Shown here: one piece after another, positions 31,914 through 42,696 of the stretch
How the letters are laid out: the number at the start of each line of letters is the position of its first letter
Position numbering within the stretch: position 1 is the stretch's first letter
From: Spirochaetia bacterium
GTDB taxonomy: Bacteria > Spirochaetota > Spirochaetia > DSM-2461
Direction: 5' to 3'
DNA: 64,000 nt
Assembly: GCA_963666985.2 (NCBI GenBank)
Contig: CAXXIA010000002.1
Span: forward strand, 1,824,001 to 1,888,000
Notes under the pieces: model-generated
What the model was told of the DNA's origin: nothing
Seen by the model: only the letters and a program-made list of their open reading frames with translations
Databases searched by the model: none
Translations under genes and position numbers: made by a program

Positions 31914-33253
31914 TGAGCGACCAGGACATCCTTTACATTTTAGGTTCAGGACATCGTTTACACTAAACAAGTTTAAACGAAGCATTTGAACCCATCAACA
32001 GAGGGTATAAATGCAAATGTTTTCCGATCAATTTCTCCTAATCTTAAATTGTCAAACCAGACGGTAAAAGTCTCATCTTCATTTTCTCGAAGACCAACTT
32101 GGTATCCAACAAAGACATAACTGACGAAAATCCTGTGTCGGTCTATGGTCACCGCCCCACGATTATTTATCATTCTCACCTCATATCCGGATGGATAAAT
32201 CACCTGTGGAATCTGAGAAGGGAAGGGCCGTTTGGACTTTGTGTAAACACTTCCGGGAGTCTGCATTTTAAGAGCTTCATGAGGTCGAACACTGTTGAAC
32301 TGATTTCTCCAGACATCAAAATGCGCCTGATGTTCAGAGAGGTTACCCTGAATCTGTCCCTGTAATTCCCGTTTGATATCGGCATGCATTCTCTCATGCC
32401 CCCCGTTCTCACAAGGTCGTCCCGGAGTGATGCGATCAAGTTCGATTCCCAAGGCCAACCACCAAACACTTAAGCGTGTGAGCCCCAGCAGTCCCTTCAT
32501 GGAGGCAAAGGGAGGTCCGTTGTCGGACCTAATGACTCTGGGCATTCCATAGATGGAAAAGAGCTTCTCAAACTCGGTTCTAACTTCTTGTGTGTCAGCC
32601 TTTTGGAGTGCTTTGATGGTAAAGATGTATTTGGAAAACTCATCCCGAACGGTCAAAGGTTCACATCGTTCTCCCTCGGGAGTATACCACCAGCCTTTGA
32701 AATCCACGGTCCAGATGTCATTCGGCTGCTTGGCTTGAAGACGGCTCTGGATTCGCTGAGATTTATTCTGCCGGCGTTTCTTTCGGTGCACTACCAGACC
32801 TGCTTTATCCAGGATGCGTTTCACGGTGGTCAGACTTGGACTCTCCTGGTGGGGATGTGTCTTCTGGTAGATATCGAGGATTTTCTTTGGCCCCCATTTG
32901 GTGTGTCGTGATTTGATTCGGACGATGTCGCAGATGACATTCTCCGGTGTCTGGTGAGGGCAGATACGAGGTTTCCTGGTTCTTTCATTCAGGCCGGCGA
33001 GCCCTTCCTGAATAAACCGGTTTTTCCATTTAAGGCCTGTCGGCCGGGAGATCCCGTACTCAGCACAGAGGTCTTTCATACAGACATGGGGATCCATGGC
33101 CTTGAGGGCGAACTCGAATTTGACGTCCATAATATTGGTCTCCTTCCACGGCATAATCAGCACCTCGATAAGGGAAAGTACTGATCATTTTAGTCCTTGT
33201 CGTGTAAAGGATGTCCTGGTACTCTCGTGTAAACGATGTCGTGGACCCGTACC
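31914..33253 (-). mobile_element. IS481-family element, isoform B, copy 2
   Basis: Nearly the same ends as isoform A; TSD AGGT. Confidence 0.88.
31973..33163 (-). CDS. IS481-family DDE transposase, isoform B
   Basis: 396 aa; close paralogue of 14877-16070. Confidence 0.92.
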   Translation of the reverse strand: MLIMPWKETNIMDVKFEFALKAMDPHVCMKDLCAEYGISRPTGLKWKNRFIQEGLAGLNERTRKPRICPHQTPENVICDIVRIKSRHTKWGPKKILDIYQKTHPHQESPSLTTVKRILDKAGLVVHRKKRRQNKSQRIQSRLQAKQPNDIWTVDFKGWWYTPEGERCEPLTVRDEFSKYIFTIKALQKADTQEVRTEFEKLFSIYGMPRVIRSDNGPPFASMKGLLGLTRLSVWWLALGIELDRITPGRPCENGGHERMHADIKRELQGQIQGNLSEHQAHFDVWRNQFNSVRPHEALKMQTPGSVYTKSKRPFPSQIPQVIYPSGYEVRMINNRGAVTIDRHRIFVSYVFVGYQVGLRENEDETFTVWFDNLRLGEIDRKTFAFIPSVDGFKCFV

Positions 33254-33263
33254 AGGTTCAATA

Positions 33264-35039
33264 GTGAAAGAAGTAGTAGCCACGGCCGCAATAACGAAAA
33301 TCCTTCAGAATCTTGAAAGAATTTATAAAGAAGTCAGCGAAGAATGGAAAGCACAAACAGGTGAAAAAATAAATAATTACTTAACTACGTTTCTTCAGAA
33401 GAACAGTGAAGTAAAAACAATTCTACATGGAAATCAACCCAAACCATTTTACGATGTATACTTCCCTCTGCGACTATCGTGTAAAGATAGAATAGTCCCA
33501 GATAAAAATGTTGAGAACATTTTCAAGATACGAAATACACTTATCGTTTCGGCTGAAGCTGGAAGTGGAAAAAGTATGCTTGCAAAGCATCTCTTCATAG
33601 ATGTAATTGAACGATGTTATGGAATTCCTTTTATTATTGAACTTCGATATTTAAACGAAACAGAAACAAAGTTAGAAGATTATATATTTGAACAGGTCTC
33701 AAAGCATGTAACAAGTTCAGAAAGAGTATATAAAAGATTGCTTGATAGGGGAGAATTCATTTTCTTTCTTGATGGATATGATGAAGTGAAAAAAGAGTTA
33801 AAGCAAAAAACAATAATGGGAATAAAAAACATAAATGAATTATACCCAAATATAAAATTGTTTATATCTTCACGACCATATACAAATATCGACATGCTTC
33901 AAAATTTTCAAACACTTGAAATTTGCCCTCTGGATGAAGAAGAAATAGTCGGATTTATAAAAAAACAAATTGACGATGAACAGCTAGCTTCTCAAATGTG
34001 CTCTTCAGTCAATGTTGCAAGAAAGTCGAAGATATCCAGCTTTTTACAAAATCCTTTATTATTAACTCTATATATACTGACATATCAAAACAGTTCAGAA
34101 ATCCCAGGTCAAGCATCTCTGTTTTATCGAAGAGTTATAAATGCTCTTTTTATCGAGCACGATAGCAAGACGAAATTTGGCTATCAAAGGGAAAGAGTCA
34201 GCAAAGTATCATATGATAGATTTGAAGACGTTATGAAGAAATTTTCAATCGTTTCTTTTTTTGACGACAAAATATCCTTTGACTATGAATATGCCCGTAA
34301 ATTAATAGGGCAAATAATCGACAATGATGAAAACTGTAATTTTACTTCTGAAGAATTGATAGAGGATCTTAAACTTGCTTTTTCTCTTTGGGTTGAAGAT
34401 TCGGGCTTTTATTCATTTGCTCATCGTTCAATCCAAGAGTATTTTGCTGCTTTATATATTCGCGATTTAGATGAAGAAAGCAAGCAATCTTTATATAGTC
34501 AGATAGTTGAAAAAATGGACAAATTCACAACCGACATGTACAATCTGTTGTCGATATTGAATGAAATTGATAATATTGCATATTTAAAATATTACCTTGT
34601 ACCAGTTATAAGTGAATATCATAGTTTTTTGACCGACAATCCTGATAATACCTCTTTTCTCTTTTCGATGTTTTCCTTTCATGACTATAAAAAGGAATCA
34701 GTAATTAGAACCTCAATTTCTCTGGCAGGATTCAAGTACTATTTTTTATTAGACAAAGAGAGATTTACTGGTCAAATATTTAAAATCATTGATGAAGAGG
34801 TTATAAAAAAGAATGGCTTTGGAGATTTAGTAAAAAACTCGCATAGAAAGAAACACTACTTGTCAGCTACGAATGTTAGTGAGAAAGGCAAAAAGTACTT
34901 GAATGAATTAGACACACTTTTTTCTGTTCGAAACGAGGTTGTAGCTTATTTGGATAATCTCAAGAAAACCTCAAATGAAGCAATTAGATTTGCTGAGAAG
35001 AAAAAGAGCCAAATTCTGAATCTAATAAAACCAGTGTAA
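33264..35039 (+). CDS. NACHT-domain NTPase
   Basis: AEAGSGKS, FFLDGYDE, ISSRP, NPLLL and FAHRSIQEYFAA motifs; likely GTG start at 33264. Confidence 0.88.
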   Translation: MKEVVATAAITKILQNLERIYKEVSEEWKAQTGEKINNYLTTFLQKNSEVKTILHGNQPKPFYDVYFPLRLSCKDRIVPDKNVENIFKIRNTLIVSAEAGSGKSMLAKHLFIDVIERCYGIPFIIELRYLNETETKLEDYIFEQVSKHVTSSERVYKRLLDRGEFIFFLDGYDEVKKELKQKTIMGIKNINELYPNIKLFISSRPYTNIDMLQNFQTLEICPLDEEEIVGFIKKQIDDEQLASQMCSSVNVARKSKISSFLQNPLLLTLYILTYQNSSEIPGQASLFYRRVINALFIEHDSKTKFGYQRERVSKVSYDRFEDVMKKFSIVSFFDDKISFDYEYARKLIGQIIDNDENCNFTSEELIEDLKLAFSLWVEDSGFYSFAHRSIQEYFAALYIRDLDEESKQSLYSQIVEKMDKFTTDMYNLLSILNEIDNIAYLKYYLVPVISEYHSFLTDNPDNTSFLFSMFSFHDYKKESVIRTSISLAGFKYYFLLDKERFTGQIFKIIDEEVIKKNGFGDLVKNSHRKKHYLSATNVSEKGKKYLNELDTLFSVRNEVVAYLDNLKKTSNEAIRFAEKKKSQILNLIKPV

Positions 35040-35051
35040 TAACCGTACTTC

Positions 35052-35325
35052 AATTAACAGCTGTTGATGCGCAGCGGCCGCTAATGAGATTAGCGGCCTT
35101 GGGCCGAGCGATGGTAGTCATATGAGAGTAGTTGGTTTTCGAAAAGATAAAATCAGATTGATACGGCTCGGCCAAATTTCGCTTTGGCAATGGCTCTTGC
35201 AGATGCAGTTCTCCAAGTGATGTGATACCATCAAAGGCAAACAAGGTATTGCTGTAAAACAGCAAGAGCACATGCCAACCGGCTACGCCGGCCGCGAAAC
35301 TTCGCATACCAGCGGAACGTTTAGC
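35052..35325 (+). repeat. attC site 17 (long variant)
   Basis: AAC 35056, GTT 35319. Confidence 0.9.
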
Positions 35326-35560
35326 GAAAAAATCCAGAAAGCCTTCTACCGCTTCGGCATCCCGGGGCGAATTTTGACAATATATTCTTATAGCGAAGTA
35401 ATTCCGGAGATCCATTTATTTCCATATTGTGCGGTGCTTAAAAATTTCAATTTGCTTGAGAAAAATAATTCTTTAATAGTCGATTTATTGGTTAACCACT
35501 TACTCAGAATGACTTGAGTAACAAAATCTGGGTGCTAGTACGGTTTCTCTGCGGAAGGGC

Positions 35561-36289
35561 TTAGTGAACTAATTTCTTTCGTCGTTCATCAAGGTCAGTT
35601 AAGGCTTTAGCTGAGATATACTTACTAAGTATTCGAATAATTCTTTTTTTCTTTGCACGAGGTAAATCTAGAATTAACAAAAATATGCTGTCGTATGCAT
35701 CTCGTCCATATTCAAAATCAAAAAGAATTTTCCGTGTATTGCGAATCGCTCGTCTTCTTGTTTTTCGCTTGTTTAGAAACGATAAGAGACCATATTTCCC
35801 GATATCATACAGGCCTGCGGCCAGGATTCCCATAGCAATCGTATTGAGAATTGAGAAGTAAGATCCATCATCACCACCACCCCAGCCAAATGGTGTTTTT
35901 CTTTGGAGATTAATCAGAGCTTGATAGTCACGCTCTTTCCCCTTTATAATTTCTTCACGAGCAGCCTCGAATCGTTGATCATAAAGCAGATGTTCAACGA
36001 TGTCGTCCTGTGGCATAAAGAACTGAGTTGTTACTCCAATTCTTTTTGAGAATTCCAAGAGCAAGAAACGCTTAGGTAATTCCCATACGGCTGCAGCGAA
36101 TTGTTCATATTCGGAATCCTGCTGATTTAGTGTTAGTTCGGATGGCTTATCACGATCAACCCGAATCTTGTATCTATTTCCATCGTACTTATAAACGTCA
36201 ACACGTTCTTTCATTGCAAGGTTGAAAAGGCTTTCTTTCCAATCATCTCCCAAAAGGTTTTGGAGCCTATATACTCTAGATTGATTCAT
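35561..36289 (-). CDS. Hypothetical protein, inverted in its cassette
   Basis: 242-aa ORF; GAGGTG RBS; one hydrophobic segment. Confidence 0.7.
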   Translation of the reverse strand: MNQSRVYRLQNLLGDDWKESLFNLAMKERVDVYKYDGNRYKIRVDRDKPSELTLNQQDSEYEQFAAAVWELPKRFLLLEFSKRIGVTTQFFMPQDDIVEHLLYDQRFEAAREEIIKGKERDYQALINLQRKTPFGWGGGDDGSYFSILNTIAMGILAAGLYDIGKYGLLSFLNKRKTRRRAIRNTRKILFDFEYGRDAYDSIFLLILDLPRAKKKRIIRILSKYISAKALTDLDERRKKLVH

Positions 36290-36517
36290 GATTCACACCT
36301 CGTATCTTGCATTATGCTTAAATAGTAAACATCGCTAAAGAATTTCATAGCCCTTCATCAAATCAAATGCGTAGCAAAATATGATTCGTCCATTACAGGA
36401 TATAAAGAAACATGGAAAAGTTGTATGCAGTCTCGCAAGCTTCTAGGATTTCTTTAGCACCTGAAGCACGTCGTGCATCAGATGAAAGTTTTGATAGGGA
36501 TTTTGCTGGATTTTATC

Positions 36518-36733
36518 GCTAAACAGCTGTTGATGCGCTCCGGCCGCTAAAGGTGTTTAGCGGCCTCCGGGGCTCCGCCCAAATTTCGTTTTGGCATGGC
36601 GTCTTGCAGATGCGTTTCCGAAAGTGATGTGATACAGTCAAAGAGAAACACGGTTTTGCAGAAGAAGAGCAAGAGCGCATGCCAACCGGCTACGCCGGAC
36701 ACGAAACATTCGCATAACAGCGGACCGTTTGAT
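36518..36733 (+). repeat. attC site 18
   Basis: AAC 36522, GTT 36727. Confidence 0.9.
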
Positions 36734-36755
36734 GAACAACACAAAAGGGAATTAC

Positions 36756-37733
36756 ATGAGAAATATTGCTATCTTAGTCTTCGGTCTTTTAGTTTTTTTT
36801 AGTTGCACTACAACTGATTTGGGGAATATATCTAGTCGTAATGAGCAAAGTATAACACAAGAAGAAGCAACTGAAATAAATGTTGGTACATATTCTCCTT
36901 GTGAAGACTTCTTGATGAAAAATAGAATAGAGGGCTTAAGGATAGATAAAATTGAACGAGAAATTAACTATAATGGTAGAATTGATAATATTGATATCAC
37001 ATACAACTACAATTCAAATGGTAGAATTGAATCGATCTTTCGTCTGAATACATCTGGCGAATTGAGTTATTCAGTGAATGCTAATCTTTATTATTATTCC
37101 AACACAGATGAATTGGTTGGTTGGACAACTTTTAATATACTTGATGTTGATGAAAGAAATATAAATTTTGATAGCATATCAGATGAAGAATTACCGGTAA
37201 ATCTTCAATACATTATTACGGCTATAATAGATAGTAATTCAAGTGATGTAATTTACAATTTTAGCAAACTTAATGAGAATCATAACTGGACTAGACCAAT
37301 TAATAAAAATCAATTTTATCAACTAGACTATCATGTTTATTCAATTGAAGAAAATCAGAATGCTATCGAAGAAACAACGTTCTTGTTTAGAGACAATATT
37401 TACTCATATTCAATTCCAGTTCTTGCAGGAGAGAATAATTATGTTCCAGCAGAAATAGTAGAAATAAATTCTACAAGCAATTCTGAGCAAATAGTCAATA
37501 TACTTATAGGAGAGCAGTCCTACAACATTGAAAGATTAAGAAATAACGAAAATGAATTTGTATCAACTTGTAGAAATAGTAAAAACGAAGTTGTAATGAT
37601 AAGAATAAATGATTTTTTTGAAGAACAAAATATTCAAACAATTCGAACAGAGACAGCAGATGGAGTTTTTTCTATTACAGATACAATATTCTGGGACGAA
37701 GTTGATTCAAACTACTCGTTCTTTCCCTTCTAG
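36756..37733 (+). CDS. Hypothetical lipoprotein, copy 2
   Basis: Translation identical to 8702-9679. Confidence 0.8.
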   Translation: MRNIAILVFGLLVFFSCTTTDLGNISSRNEQSITQEEATEINVGTYSPCEDFLMKNRIEGLRIDKIEREINYNGRIDNIDITYNYNSNGRIESIFRLNTSGELSYSVNANLYYYSNTDELVGWTTFNILDVDERNINFDSISDEELPVNLQYIITAIIDSNSSDVIYNFSKLNENHNWTRPINKNQFYQLDYHVYSIEENQNAIEETTFLFRDNIYSYSIPVLAGENNYVPAEIVEINSTSNSEQIVNILIGEQSYNIERLRNNENEFVSTCRNSKNEVVMIRINDFFEEQNIQTIRTETADGVFSITDTIFWDEVDSNYSFFPF

Positions 37734-37754
37734 CAATATAATTGAATGTTGTTC

Positions 37755-37965
37755 ATCAAACAGCTGTTGATGCGCTCCGGCGTCAACTAGCGTTGCCGCC
37801 TCCGGGGCTTCGCCCAAATTTCGTTTTGGCCATGGTTCTTGCAGATGCGTTCCTGGAAGTTGTGTGATAGGCTCAAATACGAACAGGCTTTCTGATGAAG
37901 TGCAAGAACACATGCCAACCGGCTGCGCCGGACACGAAACTTCGCATACCAGCGGAACGTTATTC
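37755..37965 (+). repeat. attC site 19
   Basis: AAC 37759, GTT 37959. Confidence 0.9.
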
Positions 37966-38039
37966 GTAATTTCGAATTTTTTTAGAATCAGGCATCTAGC
38001 GACATGCTCAATATTTTTTATGCATAGTATACTTTACAC

Positions 38040-39101
38040 ATGGCAGACGCTCTTCAATTAAGAGAAATAACATCAGTTGATTATCACGATTATCCGTTAA
38101 TTCGCTATATGGGAAGTAAATACAAACTTTTAGATTGGATTTTTCAAGAAGTTACAGGAATAGACTATCTTTCAGTCCTAGATGCATTCTCTGGTTCTGG
38201 TGCAGTAGCTTATATGTTTAAGTCTTTGGGGAAAGCTGTTTATACAAATGATTTCCTTCATTTCCCGTATGTATTAGCTAAGGCAACGATTGAGAATGAA
38301 GATATATTTCTTTCGAACAGTGACGTATCGAATCTTCTGCAAAAGAACCCAGACGCAAGGTCTTTCATTCAAGATACTTTCACAGGTATTTTCTTTCAGA
38401 ATGAAGATTTGCAATTTTTAGATAACATTTTGGCAAACATTGAAAGACTCGATAACGATTATAAGAAAGCTGTAGCCAAAGCAAGCCTCATTCGATCTTG
38501 TGCGAAGAAGCAACCAAGAGGTGTTTTTACAATTTCTGGAAATCTAGATAATTATAACGACGGTCGTCGAGATTTAAAGCTATCTGTTCGAGAACATTTC
38601 ATTGAGCAAGTGGAAGTATACAATTCCGTTATTTTTGATAATGGGTTCCAGAACAAAGCATTTACAGGAGATATTTTCAGTTTTGATACGGATAAATATC
38701 CTGTAGACCTTGTGTATATGGACCCACCTTATATTCCTCGATCTGATGATAATTGTTACGTGAAGCGTTATCACTTTTTAGAAGGATTGTCGAAATATTG
38801 GGAAAATGAAGAAATCTTATTCAATACGAAAGTAAAAAAGATAAAGAAGAAATACACTCCATTCTCATACCGCAAAAAGGCTGTAGATGCGTTTGATCAG
38901 CTATTTAGCAAATTCCGTGATTCAAAGCTTGTTTTATCGTACTCTTCGAATGGGTATCCTGAACTTGAAGTCCTTACTGATTTAATGTCTAAGTACAAAA
39001 GAAGAGTAAGAGTTTCACAGAAAGAACATCGGTACCATTTCGGCAATCATGATAAAGTAAAGAGATCAGTTGTACAGGAATATTTAGTAATTGGCGAGTA
39101 G
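38040..39101 (+). CDS. DNA adenine methyltransferase (D12/Dam-like class)
   Basis: RYMGSK, LDAFSGSG and YMDPPY motifs. Confidence 0.92.
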   Translation: MADALQLREITSVDYHDYPLIRYMGSKYKLLDWIFQEVTGIDYLSVLDAFSGSGAVAYMFKSLGKAVYTNDFLHFPYVLAKATIENEDIFLSNSDVSNLLQKNPDARSFIQDTFTGIFFQNEDLQFLDNILANIERLDNDYKKAVAKASLIRSCAKKQPRGVFTISGNLDNYNDGRRDLKLSVREHFIEQVEVYNSVIFDNGFQNKAFTGDIFSFDTDKYPVDLVYMDPPYIPRSDDNCYVKRYHFLEGLSKYWENEEILFNTKVKKIKKKYTPFSYRKKAVDAFDQLFSKFRDSKLVLSYSSNGYPELEVLTDLMSKYKRRVRVSQKEHRYHFGNHDKVKRSVVQEYLVIGE

Positions 39102-39941
39102 ATGAAAAGAACAACACAATCTGTCGAATCATTACTTTCAAGTCTCTCTCATTTGGAAACTAGCTGGAAAGATGATGTCGCAGTAAAGACAATTGAGTTT
39201 CTTAATCGGATTCCCGAAAAAAGCGAGTTAAATAAGGATGAAATAATTCGTTTGTTGGATGAAGACTATGAAACAAGTATTACTGTTTTTCGACTTTTTC
39301 TGGAAATGTCCAAAGACGAGTTTACGTCACGGTTCAAAGAAGAAATTGGAGAAGCATTTAGGTTCGGTAAAACGGGATATATAGCGAACAAAGAACTTTT
39401 TGTATCAAAACTAGATCATTTTTTATTGCGAGAAAAAATTGTACAAACAGTTAATCGATCATACACCTGGAAAGATATTATAGAAGAACGGCTTAAATCA
39501 GGTAGAGGTAGTGCCATAAAAGGTCAAAAACGCGGACGAGATCTTGAGGATTTCTTTGAGAATATCGTGAGTTCAATTTTTACTGAATATGATTCTCGAT
39601 GTAGCTTTCGGGGTAAGAGCGGTAATACAACTGAAAAGGCCGACTTTGCTATACCAAATAAAAAAGATCCACATATCGTAATAGAAGTAAAAGGATATGG
39701 CGCAACAGGAAGCAAGCAGACAGACGTTATAGGCGATGTGACAAGGATTATAAATGAGAAGCGCCCAGATACAGTATTTCTGTTATTTACAGATGGAAAT
39801 ACATGGAAAGAACGGGTTAGCGATTTCAGAAAGCTAGTTGAGTTCCAGAATAATGGTGAGATCCAAAAGATATATACCAAATCTATGCAAGATGAGCTGA
39901 AGGTTGATTTAGCACAGCTAAAGATAGAATTGGGTCTCTGA
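39102..39941 (+). CDS. PD-(D/E)xK type II restriction endonuclease, DpnII-like
   Basis: RGRDLE, ADFAIP..IVIEVKGY..TGSKQ and FTDG..W motifs; abuts the methyltransferase. Confidence 0.8.
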   Translation: MKRTTQSVESLLSSLSHLETSWKDDVAVKTIEFLNRIPEKSELNKDEIIRLLDEDYETSITVFRLFLEMSKDEFTSRFKEEIGEAFRFGKTGYIANKELFVSKLDHFLLREKIVQTVNRSYTWKDIIEERLKSGRGSAIKGQKRGRDLEDFFENIVSSIFTEYDSRCSFRGKSGNTTEKADFAIPNKKDPHIVIEVKGYGATGSKQTDVIGDVTRIINEKRPDTVFLLFTDGNTWKERVSDFRKLVEFQNNGEIQKIYTKSMQDELKVDLAQLKIELGL

Positions 39942-39952
39942 GACGAAACTAC

Positions 39953-40163
39953 GAATAACAGCTGTTGATGCGCTCCGGCGATAAGCGAGGCTTATCGCCT
40001 CCGGGCCTCCGGCCAAATTTCGTTTTGGCAATGGCTCTTGCAGATGCGTTTATGAAAGTTGTGTGATAGGCTCAAATGCGAACAGGCTTTCTGCTAAAAG
40101 CAAGAGCGCATGCCAACCGGCTTCGCCGGACACGAAACTTCGCATACCAGCGGACCGTTTCTT
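39953..40163 (+). repeat. attC site 20
   Basis: AAC 39957, GTT 40157. Confidence 0.9.
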
Positions 40164-40251
40164 GAAATAGTATTGTAGAAAGGCGGGTCTTTTTGTCTCG
40201 GCATCCATGCCTCGACGTTGGTCTTCCAGAAGGCCTAAAAACAGTTAAAGT

Positions 40252-40485
40252 CTAAAGGCAATCTCCGCGTTCTCGGCCTTCTCTGATGATTTCAAGTATT
40301 TCCGAAGTGCTGACTGAAGCTTCAATTCCAGGAATATCAAAAGGAGATTTGGTGTCTTTCTCTGTCATTGGCACAATCTTGAACTTGCTACCATCCCTAC
40401 GTTTAATAACGACATCTTCCTTCAAAGCTGTATTCAGCATAGTGGAGAAATTTTGCCTTGCTTCCGAATAGTTGAAGACTTTCAT
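40252..40485 (-). CDS. Phd/YefM antitoxin
   Basis: YSEARQNFSTML...VVIKRRDG. Confidence 0.88.
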   Translation of the reverse strand: MKVFNYSEARQNFSTMLNTALKEDVVIKRRDGSKFKIVPMTEKDTKSPFDIPGIEASVSTSEILEIIREGRERGDCL

Positions 40486-40877
40486 GACACCTCCAAAATC
40501 TTCAGACCCAATTCCGCAGCGGCACCTCGCATTCGGGAATCAAGTGTCATCAACGGTTTTCCTAGCCGCATGGCGATATCGAGATAGTAAGCATCGTAGG
40601 CGTAGATGTTATTCTCAAGAGCGATGGAAAGCGCATTTTCAAGATTAATCTTTACCAGTCTGACAGGGATTCTGAGAAATTGTTCTAAGACCTCGTTGCA
40701 TTGAGAAAGTTCTAATCTTTTCCGTTTGTGCATAGCCGAGAGTGCATTACCAATTTCGAAAGGTAATACTTCCGGGGAAAGAAGTTCAGCATCGGAGGTC
40801 AAACTAATGATACGTTTCTTCTCGGGTTCATTCAGTAGAACAGAGAGGAATAAATTAGCATCAGCAACAATATTCAC
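40482..40877 (-). CDS. vapC: VapC PIN toxin
   Basis: VADAN, FEIGNAL, YAYDAYY and LMTLD motifs. Confidence 0.9.
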   Translation of the reverse strand: MNIVADANLFLSVLLNEPEKKRIISLTSDAELLSPEVLPFEIGNALSAMHKRKRLELSQCNEVLEQFLRIPVRLVKINLENALSIALENNIYAYDAYYLDIAMRLGKPLMTLDSRMRGAAAELGLKILEVS

Positions 40878-41001
40878 AAGTACAATGTACTACAATTAAA
40901 AATTGAAATCAAGAGATCGGGAAAAAAGGCTATCGCCTATACGGTCACGAAAGAACCTCATGTTCTTTCGTGAGAGGCCGGTCTACTAACAAAACAACTT
41001 C

Positions 41002-41272
41002 AAGAAACAGCTGTTGATGCGCGGCGGCCGCTAATGTGATTAGCGGCCTTGGGCCGAGCGATGGGTATTGGTTGAGAGTTAATGATTTCTGTAAAAGGGA
41101 AAAATCAAATTGAATCGGCTCGGCCAAATTTCGCTTTGGCTGCTTGTGTAGAGATGTTTTGGTTCGGAGTCTGTGGTAAGGTTAAAAAGCGAGCGGAGGT
41201 TCTGGGAATTGTGTTGGGCAGCCAACCGGCTTTGCCGGACGCGAAACTTCGCATAACAGCGGAACGTTTGAT
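41002..41272 (+). repeat. attC site 21 (long variant)
   Basis: AAC 41006, GTT 41266. Confidence 0.9.
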
Positions 41273-41291
41273 GACAGAATTAATTTAGGAT

Positions 41292-42634
41292 TGAGCGACC
41301 AGGACATCCTTTACATTTTAGGTTCAGGACATCGTTTACACAAAACAAGCTTAAACGAAGCATTTGAATCCATCAACTGAAGGGAGAAAGGCATAGGTTT
41401 TCAAATCAATTTCTCCCAATCTGAGATTGTCAAACCATACGGTGAAGCTCTCATCCTCATTCTCCCGAAGTCCAACTTGGTATCCTGAAAAGACATAACT
41501 GACAAAGACTCTATGCCTGTCGATAGTAACGGCTCCCCGATTATTCACCATTCTCACCAGATACCCGGCCGGGTAGATCACCTGAGGGATTCGAGGAGGG
41601 AAAGGCCGATTGGACTTTGTGTAAATACTTCCGGGAGTCTGCATTTTGAGAGCTTCATGCGGACGAACACTGTTGAATTGATTTCTCCAAACATCAAAGT
41701 GTGCCTGATGTTCTGAGAGGTTCCCTTGAATCTGTCCCTGCAATTCGCGTTTGATATCGGCATGCATTCTTTCATGCCCTCCGTTTTCACAAGGCCTTCC
41801 TGGAGTGATGCGATCAAGTTCAATTCCCAAGGCCAGCCACCAAACACTTAAGCGGGTGAGTCCGAGTAATCCCTTCATGGAAGCAAAGGGTGGTCCGTTA
41901 TCGGAGCGGATTACCCGAGGGATTCCATAGAGAGAAAAGAGCTTTTCGAACTCTGTTCTAACTTCTTGTGTGTCAGCCTTTTGGAGAGCTTTGATGGTGA
42001 AGATGTATTTGGAGTATTCATCCCGAACCGTCAGAGGTTCACACTTTTCATTATCGGGAGTGTACCACCATCCTTTGAAGTCGACCGTCCAGATATCATT
42101 AGGGGCTTTGGCCTGCAGATGTGTTTGGATTCGGCTGCCTTTGGTCTGCTGCCGTTTCTTTCGATGATGAACCAGTCCTGCTTTATCAAGGATGCGTTTG
42201 ACGGTGGTGAGGCTTGGGGGATTATTATGAGGATGGGTCTTCTGGTAGATCTCGAGAATCTTTTTTGGCCCCCAGCTGGAGTTGTGCAACGTCTTGATCC
42301 GGATAATACCGCATATAACGTCTTCAGGCGTTTGGTTGGGGCTGCTGCGAGGTCTACGGGGTCGTTCCTTCAACCCGGCGAGCCCTTCCTGGATAAACCG
42401 GTTTTTCCATTTAAGGCCTGTCGGCCGGGAGATCCCGTACTCAGCACAGAGGTCTTTCATACAGACATGGGGATCCATGGCCTTGAGGGCGAACTCGAAT
42501 TTGACGTCCATAATATTGGTCTCCTTCCACGGCATAACCAGCACCTCGATAAGGGAAAGTGCTGATCATTTTAGTTCTTGTCGTGTAAAGGATGTCCTGG
42601 TACTCTCGTGTAAACGATGTCCTGAACCCGTACC
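41292..42634 (-). mobile_element. IS481-family element, isoform A, copy 3 (non-matching flanks)
   Basis: Same ends and transposase as copy 1; flanks AGGAT and GAATT do not match. Confidence 0.88.
41351..42544 (-). CDS. IS481-family DDE transposase
   Basis: Translation identical to 14877-16070. Confidence 0.92.
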   Translation of the reverse strand: MLVMPWKETNIMDVKFEFALKAMDPHVCMKDLCAEYGISRPTGLKWKNRFIQEGLAGLKERPRRPRSSPNQTPEDVICGIIRIKTLHNSSWGPKKILEIYQKTHPHNNPPSLTTVKRILDKAGLVHHRKKRQQTKGSRIQTHLQAKAPNDIWTVDFKGWWYTPDNEKCEPLTVRDEYSKYIFTIKALQKADTQEVRTEFEKLFSLYGIPRVIRSDNGPPFASMKGLLGLTRLSVWWLALGIELDRITPGRPCENGGHERMHADIKRELQGQIQGNLSEHQAHFDVWRNQFNSVRPHEALKMQTPGSIYTKSNRPFPPRIPQVIYPAGYLVRMVNNRGAVTIDRHRVFVSYVFSGYQVGLRENEDESFTVWFDNLRLGEIDLKTYAFLPSVDGFKCFV

Positions 42635-42696
42635 GAATTTAGGCCTTAAGAGGATACTGAAGACATAATGCAAGGAGAAAGAATAGTATATTCCAT

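Noticed and set aside
33096..33263. N-terminal 56 aa of the predicted 647-aa NACHT ORF
   Set aside because: Mostly read-through from the IS481 end; GTG 33264 is the likelier start.
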